The notes under the pieces were generated by a model that saw only the letters and a program-made list of their open reading frames with translations, did no database searches and was not told the DNA's origin. A stretch of DNA of 64,000 nucleotides from an uncultured Lachnospiraceae bacterium (GTDB lineage: Bacteria; Bacillota; Clostridia; Lachnospirales; Lachnospiraceae): contig CAMVID010000008.1 in the NCBI GenBank assembly GCA_947167445.1, forward strand, positions 206-64,205, written 5' to 3'. Below are positions 18,511-26,900 of this stretch, piece after piece. Numbering within the stretch: the first letter of the stretch is position 1; every line of letters begins with the position of its first letter. The translations under genes and the position numbers were made by a program.

Positions 18511-21500
18511 TTACTTTGTAACTTTCTCCTCTTTCTTGGTCTGGAACTTCTTGTACATAGCGTATCCGGTACCACCGAGTACTGCTACTACAAGCAACCA
18601 CCACCATGTGAGGTGCTCGGTATCAGCGATATCAGCTGCAAGAGCGGGTGCCTGAGGCATGATCTGTGTAAGATCATCTTTAGCCTTATTGTCTTCAGGA
18701 ACTGCTGCTGCAAGAGCTGTATCAGGAGTAGTAATGTCTGTAGTTGCTGCTTCTACTGCTGCGGGAGCTACGTTAGCTGCTACGCCTGCGCCACCTGCTG
18801 CGGGAGCTGCGGGTGCTCCGGGAACTTCTTCACCTGTGGGAATTGTTGCAAGAACAACTGCACCACCTGTTGTTGTCTCACCTTCGCCTGCACCTTCGCC
18901 TTCACCAGCGCCAGCTGCTGCGTTCTCAGCATTGATAAGAGCCTGAACTCTAGCGAGAATCTGCTGATACTCTGAAGCTGCCTCATCAGCGTCCTTACGA
19001 GCCTGTTCAGCTGCTGCCTGTGCTACTGTGGCTGCTGCCTCCGCCTGATCGAGGCGAGCTTTCGCCTGTGCAAGTGCTGCGGCACCAAGATTGGACTTGC
19101 CAATCTTGTTATAAGCATCTCTTGCCTCTTCAGCTTCAACTCTTGCCTTTGTAGCTTTGTCGGCAAGATCCTTAGCAATTTCTGCCTTCTTCGTCCAAGC
19201 AGTTACGCTCTTCTTCGCATCGTCAATATCTTTCTCAAGCTGTGTCTTTGCTATCTCGTTAAGTCTAGTAAACCATGCATTGTTTCTAAGCTTCCACTCA
19301 ATATCTTTAAGAGCGGCTTCTGCCCCGTCTGTCTTATAACTCTGCCAATTATATGCAGCCTTTGCACGTTCAAGGGCCCAATATTTCTCCGCTTTATCCT
19401 TGATTGCGGCATCAAGATCATCTTTAGCCTTTTTAACTTCACCCTTTAAGCGATCCTTTTCAGCCTTTGCAGCATCATATTTATCCTTAGCCTCTTTCGC
19501 TGCCTTAACAGCCGCATCATAGTCAGCCTGTGCCTTGTTGTATTCTTGGACTTTTTTAAGATCTGATTCAGCCTGTTCTAATGCACCGCTTAGTGTAGCC
19601 AAGTCAGAAATACCGGTTGAAACGCCCTGAGAGTATGTTGTTTCAGTTGTAGAAGGTCCCTGCTCGGTATCCTTGTAATATACCGTATACTGAACTGAAC
19701 CGGGAACTACAACTGTCTCTTCAGTAGTTATTTTTACCCTTGCATTCCTTACTTTTTTAGCTTCCTCAGGAGACATAGTTACAACAGTAGCACCTTGGTA
19801 CTCGTGGACTCTATGATTTGTATTTGACAGTCCATGTAAGCAACCCTTAACTTCTGTCCATCTACCATTTACACGGGTATAGTATGTCTTTAAGTTTTCA
19901 AACTCACTATCAGGATTATGATCCTTCTTTACTTCCCAGCGATTTAAGGAAGCGTTCCATCTTAAGTCTCCATTGACGGTAGAATAAACCTCATTACCAT
20001 AATAGAAGACACATACATTCACATAATTACCATCTGAATCAAGTTGAGGTGCTCCGTTAGGTCCATCACTAGGATTGTTATCTCGAGTAACATCCTTACC
20101 CTCTTTCACAACCTTAACCACAGTTTCTGTTGTAGAAGTCGCTTCTGTTTTTGTCTCAACAACTTTTATTACTCTTTCATTTCCAATTTCAGCAATCAGA
20201 GCTTCTTTGGCTGCCTCGTCTAAGTCTTTCTGACTGAGAATTCCACTGGTTACGTTGTATATTGTACGTGTTCCGCCTTCAGAATATACAGCAGTAGCCT
20301 TATAGCCCTTTTGATTCGAGTAATTCTTGAGATTATCCTCAGACACATTATTAACAGTCTCTGTCGCATTATTTATCTTGATAGCGGCATAAATATCAGC
20401 ATTTGAACTCACCCCTGCGAAACGACCATAATCGAAGAAAGATTTTAATTCCGCCATGGTCAGATAATACCAGCCATTCTGGGGATCGTCATAGTAATAA
20501 TGTTCATCATAGTAGAACGCCCATACTTCATTTCCATTCTGATCAACATCATATCTTACGTCAAAGGTATGAGTTTCCGTATGAAGGTTGTGATACCAAT
20601 CATAATATTGGTAAACCAATGAAATTGTACCGGTTGTGCCCACCTTATCTACATAATTATATCCTCTATTGAATGGCTCCTTGGTATAAGTTACCGTATA
20701 CCCAGTAATCTGAGGTTCAATTGTCTGCGTTGTTGTATCATAGAAATATGTACCATCTGCAAGTCCTGCTATCAGCTGGTCAAACTCCTCTTGTGTGATT
20801 CCGTTGTCAAATTTTGGATCCTTGGCTATAATTTCACCAGCTATTTCTCGTACACTTCTTGTAACCTCTGCAAATAAAATCTGTCCATCTGCTGAAATCT
20901 CATATGTATAGAACTTATAAACCGCCTTACCTTCATTATCTGTTGTTTCAACCTTATACAACTTTCCGCTGAAAAGGCCCTCAGAATCGAATGATGTTGC
21001 TGTCAAGCCGGTAATATTCTCTATAAGAGAAACAACAGCTGCTTCCTTTTCATCATCAGATGCAGTTGAACTAAGAAGAGTTTTCTGAATATCGCCTATA
21101 TTCTCACCATAAGCATCCTTGAGATCGCTAATCTTACCGGAAATAACAGTAACATTATCGGAAACAACTTCTTCAAGAGCTACTTTCTTGCCTTCTTCAG
21201 CATTCTTGTTTGCCTCTTCAAGAGCCTGTGCGTAAGCCTTCTCGATTAGTTCATATGCGTCCTTTAATTCCTGGCTAAGCTCAAGCTGTTCAACTTTTTT
21301 ATCAGCCTGCCACTGATCATATCCAGCCTTAGCAAGAGCTGCCCTTGCCCTGCCAAGAGCACCTTCAAGCCCCTGTATCTTCCATGTCTCCGCAATAACA
21401 TCCCAATCGGAAATTGTCCCGTTGTAAGCATCCTGAGCATCCTTGAGAGCTCCGGCCATCTCGTCTAATAAGGCTTTTTCTTTATTATACTGGCCCTGAG

Positions 21501-22515
21501 CATATTCATGATCTTTATCAAGCTGTTCCTTTGCTTCTCCAAGAGCCTTAAGGTTATCCTCAACCTTTTTAAGTTCTCCCTCATAATAAGCCTGAGTTCC
21601 CTCAGCTACTTTCTTGGCAGCTTCCATCTCATTCTTAAGGCCAATTGCCGTAAACTCTGCAGCCTTAGCATAGGTAACTGCCTCTTCTGCATCAGCGCGC
21701 TTTTCTTTTATAGCCTTATCAGCCGCTTCGTTTGCTGCTTTAGCAATTGATTCGGCATCCTCATAGTTCTTCTTTGCAGCCAAGAATTCATCATATGCAT
21801 CACTGGCATTTGTTTCAGCTTTATCAGCAAAAGCTGCAGCGTTTTCACTAGCTTCCTTTGCCACATCAGCCTGTGCCTGCGCTGCGCCAGAATTTGTAGC
21901 CGCATCAGCAGCCTTTTTAGCATCATCTACCTTAAGAAGTTCACCAGCTGCTCCATAAGCATCAGTTACAGCTTCTTTGCTGTCACCCAATGATTCTTTT
22001 GTATTATCGTTAAACTCTTTAAGTTTATCTTCAAGCTCCTCTTTACCATCATCAAGAGCCTTAGCAGCATCACTTAGTGCATCATCCACAAGCTGATTGT
22101 TCTCTGAAGCAGAATCATCAACATCTTCCGTTTTAAGTACTAAATTCCATCCTTCGAATCTAGCTCCGGTAACTACATTGACATCATTATCTTCAAGTAA
22201 TGAAACAACACCTGCCTGAGGCAAACCATTCTTTACTGCATCATCAGCTGCATCATTAGCTTCCTTCTCAGCTTCTAAAGCTTCTTTTGTTTCTTTGATT
22301 GCGGTGTCGATTTCATCCCTGTTATCGCTCTTTACTTCTACGGGAGCAACTTCAGTAGCCGCTGAAGCGTCAACTGCTACTGCCGCTACAGTATCGTCTG
22401 CAGCCTGAGGCTCAACTTCGCCGGGTGCTGCTGCGAATGCTGTCATTGAAGGTGTAGCAAGAACTGTTGCTAATCCGATAGTCAATGCTTTAACTACTCT
22501 TTTGTTCTTTAACAT
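18511..22515 (-). CDS. Large coiled-coil surface protein with Sec signal peptide and C-terminal TM anchor
   Basis: I moved the start to ATG 22513-22515 (SD GAGGG, 7-nt spacing), giving MLKNKRVVKALTIGLATVLATPSMTAFA. Long A/K/E/D-rich heptad-like regions flank an aromatic-rich globular centre. An A/G/P/E spacer follows. The C-terminus is WWWLLVVAVLGGTGYAMYKKFQTKKEEKVTK. I saw no LPXTG motif. Confidence 0.75.
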   Translation of the reverse strand: MLKNKRVVKALTIGLATVLATPSMTAFAAAPGEVEPQAADDTVAAVAVDASAATEVAPVEVKSDNRDEIDTAIKETKEALEAEKEANDAADDAVKNGLPQAGVVSLLEDNDVNVVTGARFEGWNLVLKTEDVDDSASENNQLVDDALSDAAKALDDGKEELEDKLKEFNDNTKESLGDSKEAVTDAYGAAGELLKVDDAKKAADAATNSGAAQAQADVAKEASENAAAFADKAETNASDAYDEFLAAKKNYEDAESIAKAANEAADKAIKEKRADAEEAVTYAKAAEFTAIGLKNEMEAAKKVAEGTQAYYEGELKKVEDNLKALGEAKEQLDKDHEYAQGQYNKEKALLDEMAGALKDAQDAYNGTISDWDVIAETWKIQGLEGALGRARAALAKAGYDQWQADKKVEQLELSQELKDAYELIEKAYAQALEEANKNAEEGKKVALEEVVSDNVTVISGKISDLKDAYGENIGDIQKTLLSSTASDDEKEAAVVSLIENITGLTATSFDSEGLFSGKLYKVETTDNEGKAVYKFYTYEISADGQILFAEVTRSVREIAGEIIAKDPKFDNGITQEEFDQLIAGLADGTYFYDTTTQTIEPQITGYTVTYTKEPFNRGYNYVDKVGTTGTISLVYQYYDWYHNLHTETHTFDVRYDVDQNGNEVWAFYYDEHYYYDDPQNGWYYLTMAELKSFFDYGRFAGVSSNADIYAAIKINNATETVNNVSEDNLKNYSNQKGYKATAVYSEGGTRTIYNVTSGILSQKDLDEAAKEALIAEIGNERVIKVVETKTEATSTTETVVKVVKEGKDVTRDNNPSDGPNGAPQLDSDGNYVNVCVFYYGNEVYSTVNGDLRWNASLNRWEVKKDHNPDSEFENLKTYYTRVNGRWTEVKGCLHGLSNTNHRVHEYQGATVVTMSPEEAKKVRNARVKITTEETVVVPGSVQYTVYYKDTEQGPSTTETTYSQGVSTGISDLATLSGALEQAESDLKKVQEYNKAQADYDAAVKAAKEAKDKYDAAKAEKDRLKGEVKKAKDDLDAAIKDKAEKYWALERAKAAYNWQSYKTDGAEAALKDIEWKLRNNAWFTRLNEIAKTQLEKDIDDAKKSVTAWTKKAEIAKDLADKATKARVEAEEARDAYNKIGKSNLGAAALAQAKARLDQAEAAATVAQAAAEQARKDADEAASEYQQILARVQALINAENAAAGAGEGEGAGEGETTTGGAVVLATIPTGEEVPGAPAAPAAGGAGVAANVAPAAVEAATTDITTPDTALAAAVPEDNKAKDDLTQIMPQAPALAADIADTEHLTWWWLLVVAVLGGTGYAMYKKFQTKKEEKVTK

Positions 22516-22777
22516 GTGTTTTCCCTCTTTCATATTGAATACCAATTTTTTAACTGTGCCGTTTGGGTGAAAAAACATTTCGTTTTTCATCACTCATCTT
22601 AAAAGACTTCTACGCAACTAAAAGTGGCTCAAATTTTTTAAAAAAATCTTGATTTTTTTTGAGAACCGCCGATATACAGTGTTTTACCTACTTTTGTCAT
22701 CTAACTACTCTCTATATATTAAGTGTCATTCTGGGACAAAATTCCTAAGCAAATCACAAAAAAATTTCAAAAAAAAT

Positions 22778-22799
22778 GCCAAGGCATATCAGCCTTGGC
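22778..22799 (-). terminator. Terminator of the HTH regulator gene
   Basis: GCCAAGGC-ATATCA-GCCTTGGC, followed on the minus strand by AUUUUUUUU. Confidence 0.8.
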
Positions 22800-22816
22800 A
22801 ACATACTCTGCACTGT

Positions 22817-23158
22817 TTACATTTGTTTCTGCGTGATTACATTGGTTACAAATGGAAATTTGATTACCAATTCTTTATCCATTTCCATCATGCTGAGCAA
22901 TCTGCTTGCTGCCCCGGAAGGATGATTTTTACCTGCCTCCCATGCTTCAACAGTTTTATCGGAAACGCCCATGTAATAGGCAAATGTTTTTTGAGACATG
23001 CCGGTTGTATTACGTATTTTTTTAACCTCGTCAGCCCCGAACACCTTCACAGGTTCCACAACTACCTTGTGTCTTTTTAGAATGGGCTTCTCACTCTTGG
23101 CATCATCAATTGCCTCGTTGATGCCAGTCATAATACTTTCAAATACACTCTTCTCCAT
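22817..23158 (-). CDS. XRE-family HTH protein of the MqsA/HigA antitoxin type (no toxin partner seen)
   Basis: The HTH reads MSQKTFAYYMGVSDKTVEAWEAGKNHPSGAASRLL. The likely start is ATG 23156-23158, with GGGAGG 8 nt upstream. The track GTG at 23167 has no spacing to its SD. Confidence 0.7.
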   Translation of the reverse strand: MEKSVFESIMTGINEAIDDAKSEKPILKRHKVVVEPVKVFGADEVKKIRNTTGMSQKTFAYYMGVSDKTVEAWEAGKNHPSGAASRLLSMMEMDKELVIKFPFVTNVITQKQM

Positions 23159-23205
23159 ATCATTCACCTCCCAGGCTTTTTCACATTTCTTCTCCTTTTA
23201 ATTTA

Positions 23206-23224
23206 CACCCTATTTAATAGGGTG
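23206..23224. promoter_or_regulatory. 19-bp perfect palindrome, candidate operator upstream of the HTH gene
   Basis: CACCCTATT-T-AATAGGGTG (9-1-9), about 50 nt upstream of the HTH start codon. Confidence 0.45.
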
Positions 23225-23269
23225 CCAACGGGTGGATCATGAATTTCGATTCAAGCTTTGAAAACAATG

Positions 23270-23555
23270 TTGTGCCTAAATCAGCGGATTTTCCTGCTTA
23301 AGGTCACAGGTTTCTTCGTGTCCGTAACTTCGAAAAAAGAGGTCCTGTGACTAAGTCGGGTAACTATGCCGCATCAGGTCACCAAATTCTTGCTTAAAAA
23401 GAAATAAGCCGGCCTAGGGCCGGCGTAAATTGCTAAAAAGCTGTGACTAAGGGCAGGTAAACTGCCGCTTGGGGTCACAGAAGCTTGATTTTGAGGTTTC
23501 GGAGCCAGGGAAATCCTGTGACTAAGGCGCAAGATACTGCCCGCTTAGGCACAAG
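23270..23555. repeat. Nested palindromic repeat (four ~40-nt hairpin units; MITE/REP-like)
   Basis: The four units are at 23270-23310, 23345-23382, 23441-23480 and 23516-23555. Each has the form TGTG(A/C)C-TAA(G)...(C)TTA-G(G/T)CACA. The outer ends are inverted copies: TTGTGCCTAA at the left and TTAGGCACAA at the right. The inter-unit spacers are also roughly reverse-complementary. The whole is centred on the GC hairpin at 23408-23424. Confidence 0.6.
23395..23424 (-). terminator. Terminator ending the giant operon transcript
   Basis: GCCGGCC-CUA-GGCCGGC followed by UUAUUUCUUUUU on the minus strand. The plus strand has no U tail. Confidence 0.75.
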
Positions 23556-23571
23556 TTCTTCAAAAAGTGTC

Positions 23572-23682
23572 GTGGAAAACCCGCAAAAAAGCCCTGCAAA
23601 AAGCGCCACAAAAAGCCCCTGCGGAAAAGCCCACAAAAATCCCTGCGAAAAGCCCTGCAAAAAGCCCCAATAAGAAAGCCTG
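23572..23682. repeat. Tandem array of about nine 12-13-nt units (consensus CAAAAAGCCCTG)
   Basis: Units read from the sequence: tggaaaacccg, caaaaaagccctg, caaaaagcgcca, caaaaagcccctg, cggaaaagccca, caaaaatccctg, cgaaaagccctg, caaaaagcccca, ataagaaagcctg. Confidence 0.8.
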
Positions 23683-23732
23683 CTGTAGCGGCACAAACTA
23701 CAACAGGCTCTCTCGGAGAAAATATGAAAAAG

Positions 23733-23915
23733 TTATTCTTCGGCTACGTTCATGGTAGAACGTATCAACCGCAGCATCTCAATTACGCTTCGGAAGTGTT
23801 CCTTCTTGTTCCCTTCAACCCAGGTTAATGTTCCTTGCCAGGTGCTGTTCTCACAGCTCTTGACCTCAAGAACAAAACTGCTTCCTCCGCTGGTTACCGT
23901 CATCTTTCTTTTCAA
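23733..23915 (-). CDS. Small conserved protein, paralogue B (60 aa), family not recognised
   Basis: It lies 21 nt downstream of the 3717-aa gene. The track start is TTG with GGGGGTGA upstream; an alternative ATG is at 23903. The core is SFVLEVKSCENSTWQGTLTWVEGNKKEHFRSVIEMLRLIRST. Confidence 0.65.
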   Translation of the reverse strand: MKRKMTVTSGGSSFVLEVKSCENSTWQGTLTWVEGNKKEHFRSVIEMLRLIRSTMNVAEE

Positions 23916-23936
23916 TTATTTCACCCCCATGATTAA

Positions 23937-26900
23937 TTAGATTTTGACCTTATGCTTCTTTCGATAGTAGATTGCACCACCTATACCCGCAAGGAGCGCT
24001 AAGGATGCCAATACATAAAGTGCCATTCCCTTCTTGTTTTCTTCATCCGTCGGCTTGCTGTCAGTTATATAGCCTCCGTAAACACTGAAGTCCTTAATGG
24101 AGAGTCTTGCATTCTCCGACTCATAACCTGAATCCGTCATGAACTTATCCATGTCAATGATTTCGTAGGTTCCGGTTGACTGATTATAAACAGTCATAAG
24201 CTTCTTCTCAGTGGTGACACTGTCAGTGGGAGCTTCACTTTCTGTCTCCTCATCTTCCGCTACTTCCATCAAGTCCTTCACGCTTGATGAATGTTTACCT
24301 ACGTTGACTCCATCGGTTTCAAGGCTTTCCGTGGCTGCAGTTTCATTACTTGAAGCCTTTCCTTCCACGGCGGGTGCCCTTCCTGTTCCGCCGCCTGTGG
24401 CTTCTCCTGAAGTTTCATTGGTACCGTCAACAGTTTCCTGGCTTCCATCAAGATCAGGTTCGTCAAGTTCATTAACTTCACCTGTTCCAACGCCTCCGCC
24501 TTCGCCATTTGTATGGGCCTTCTTAGAGTTTTCTTCTCCTCCTAAGCCTGCTGCCTTCGAACCTCCCACAAGGGATTCCTCTCCGGTTTCTGATGCAGTG
24601 CCGCCCATGGCCAAAGCTTCGCCTCCGTTTCTTTCGCCTTCCGTGGATGCGCCGCCTTCAATTCCGTTTCCTGCCGCTTCTCCTTCATCCATGTTGCCCG
24701 CAATGAGCATTCCGTCAGCGACATTACTCTTCTTGTTTTCGGAATCGCTTCCCTTTACCTCATCGGTGTCGATTCCGATATCGAAGCCGCTGTCCTCTTC
24801 AAGGTTCCTTAAGGTCTTGTTATCTCCTGTCTTCTCGGTATTGTCTTCATCAAACAAAACCTTCTCCGTAGACTTATCAAAGGCTGTCACACCGCCTTCG
24901 TTATTGCCCTCAAGCAGTTCACCATTATTATTTCCTACAACCATGGTTGCAAGTCTTTCAGGTGTTCCCGCAAGTTCTGCGACACGGCCTGTTGCGCCGT
25001 ATAAGGAAGCCGCAGGCTTTAACAAGGATTTATCTCCGCTAAAGTAAACCTTGATGTAGTCGATAAGGGACATCTCATTCTTGATGGAATTATCGAAGAG
25101 ATATTCTCCTGTCATGTAGTTGTAACCGACTATACCTCCGTTGGCATACTCTACGAGGATAAAGGGTGCAGATGTGTTAAAGTTATTTGACATGTATAGG
25201 ATTCCGCTTCGTTTAAAGTCCTCGGGAGCATTTATGTTTTCACCCATATAAAGGTCAAACATAATTCCGTCGTTTCCAAGAACAGTCAGATACTCGTCTC
25301 CATCCTTCGTATACATGACTGCGGAATCCTTGATATTTTCAATGGAGGAATGAATGATATTCACATTTCCGTTTCGGCTCTTTAGTATCTGAGCTTCACG
25401 GGTAATGAAATCATCTGCACCACCTATCATCGCGTACTTCCAGTATGTTGATACGGGCATTCCGTTAAGGTTGAATTCTTCAAGGGCTTTAGGACTCCTG
25501 GTAAGTTCGATTCCCTTAACCGTATCTCCTATCACACTGCCGTCAGAAAGATTAATAACCCTTCCTGATGAAGTAAGTCCGAATCCTTCATAGATATTTA
25601 CAAACTTACCGGAAATCAAAGTTGCAGTGGGATCCTTGCCGTCCTCACCTCTCTCTTCAGCACTGCTGCCGTAGCCTTTGACTACGCCGCCATCTGTCAC
25701 ATAGTAATATGCTGTATCGTAAGTCATTACACGTCTCGCAAGAGATCTGGGCTTATAGATATATGGATTGCCGCCCTCAAGTGACTCGCCCCCGTCGCCT
25801 TCTTCCTCTTCGAGGGAGTCTTCATCCTTATAGGCCATGGTGTAGTCATCAAGGAAACTATAATCCTCTAAAATGTCTTCTATCTCATAGTCAACTCCGA
25901 GAGTCTTTCCGTCTTCACTCATGGAGGCAATGTATCCGCCTACATCAGCATATCCATATTCAATTCTTATCTTTTTTGCAAAATCATAATTTAGCGTCAG
26001 AACCCTTGAATTACTCTCACCGTAATTTAAAAGGGTCTGAACTGCAGGTTCGGATTGGTTTCCGTAGTAAACCTTTACATATGTAGATTCTGCCTGCAAA
26101 GCATTCTCCGCAAACTCAATATTTATTGTCGATGCTGAGCTTGCATATACCACAGGGTCAGATATTACGGGGCGCATTATCCTCATGGCCGCCCTGAGTC
26201 TAATCTTCCCGAGTGAACTTGTGGGTGCGGGAAGATTTATATTCTTCCTTACCTGATACTGTGTAAGAGAATCATTCGCAGTTGTGTTGTTATTCACTCT
26301 TATATGAGGAAGATAACTCTTGCCTGAAACTGCACCATAATTTCCGTTGGCGTAAACGCCGGAGTAGGTCTTTGTATCAGCTGTGAGAATTACATAGTAG
26401 TATCGTCCTGCCCAACCGGGATTTGTATTTCCTGTGCTGGAGGATACATGGTACATAGTATAGTAAGGTCCGTGGGTCGCCAGGTCGGTTCCTGTAATAA
26501 GTCGAACGTTTAAGGTATTGGTTGTATCCTTCTCCTTGGTGTCATACACACCCGTTCTGTCGTTACTGTAAACCACATATCTTGCCACATCCGTGGTGCC
26601 TTCTATTACGTTATACTGAACGAACTTGGCACTTCCGTTTCTTGCCCATTCAGGGGCCTCGGAGTTCTTAAGGAATGCCAGTTTCACAGAACCTGCTGTG
26701 GTTTCAAGTTCAGTGCTGTCCCAGAAGAAGGTTATATCGGCTTTATCAACGGTCGATCTGTCCTTGGCATCGCCGTAACTTCCGCTGGTCTGATTGCTTC
26801 TGTTAGCCCTTCCTTCAAAGCCATCCACATTTCCTGCAAAAGCATGGGCATGGGTTCCGCCTGTGGCTGTAATCTTCGAAGCAAGACCAAGGTTTCTGTA

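Noticed and set aside
18613-18975. Cys-rich 120-aa and Ala/Pro-rich 95-aa plus-strand ORFs
   Set aside because: They are antisense to the Ala/Gly/Pro-rich C-terminal spacer of the 1334-aa protein gene. Compositional bias of the real frame keeps the opposite strand open.
22668-22675. GCCGATAT, resembling a sigma-28 (FliA/SigD) -10 element
   Set aside because: It lies on the plus strand, pointing into the end of the HTH gene. No TAAA element lies at the required spacing of about 15 nt; the nearest is about 25 nt away. No downstream plus-strand gene exists.
23270-23682. CRISPR array
   Set aside because: The repeats are divergent in sequence and spaced irregularly at 75, 96 and 75 nt. The 12-nt units are contiguous, with no spacers. 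No cas genes are present in the window.
23475-23696. 73-aa minus-strand ORF with GF-repeats, and overlapping K/P/A-rich plus-strand ORFs (23485-23673, 23567-23758)
   Set aside because: The open frames are a direct consequence of the 12-nt tandem repeat period. The minus-strand ORF starts at TTG with no SD and runs into the palindromic unit. I cannot fully exclude translation; Ribo-seq would be needed.
24211-25047. 278-aa Ser/Pro-rich plus-strand ORF
   Set aside because: It is antisense to the G/E/T-rich low-complexity C-terminal region of the 3717-aa gene, so it is a shadow ORF.
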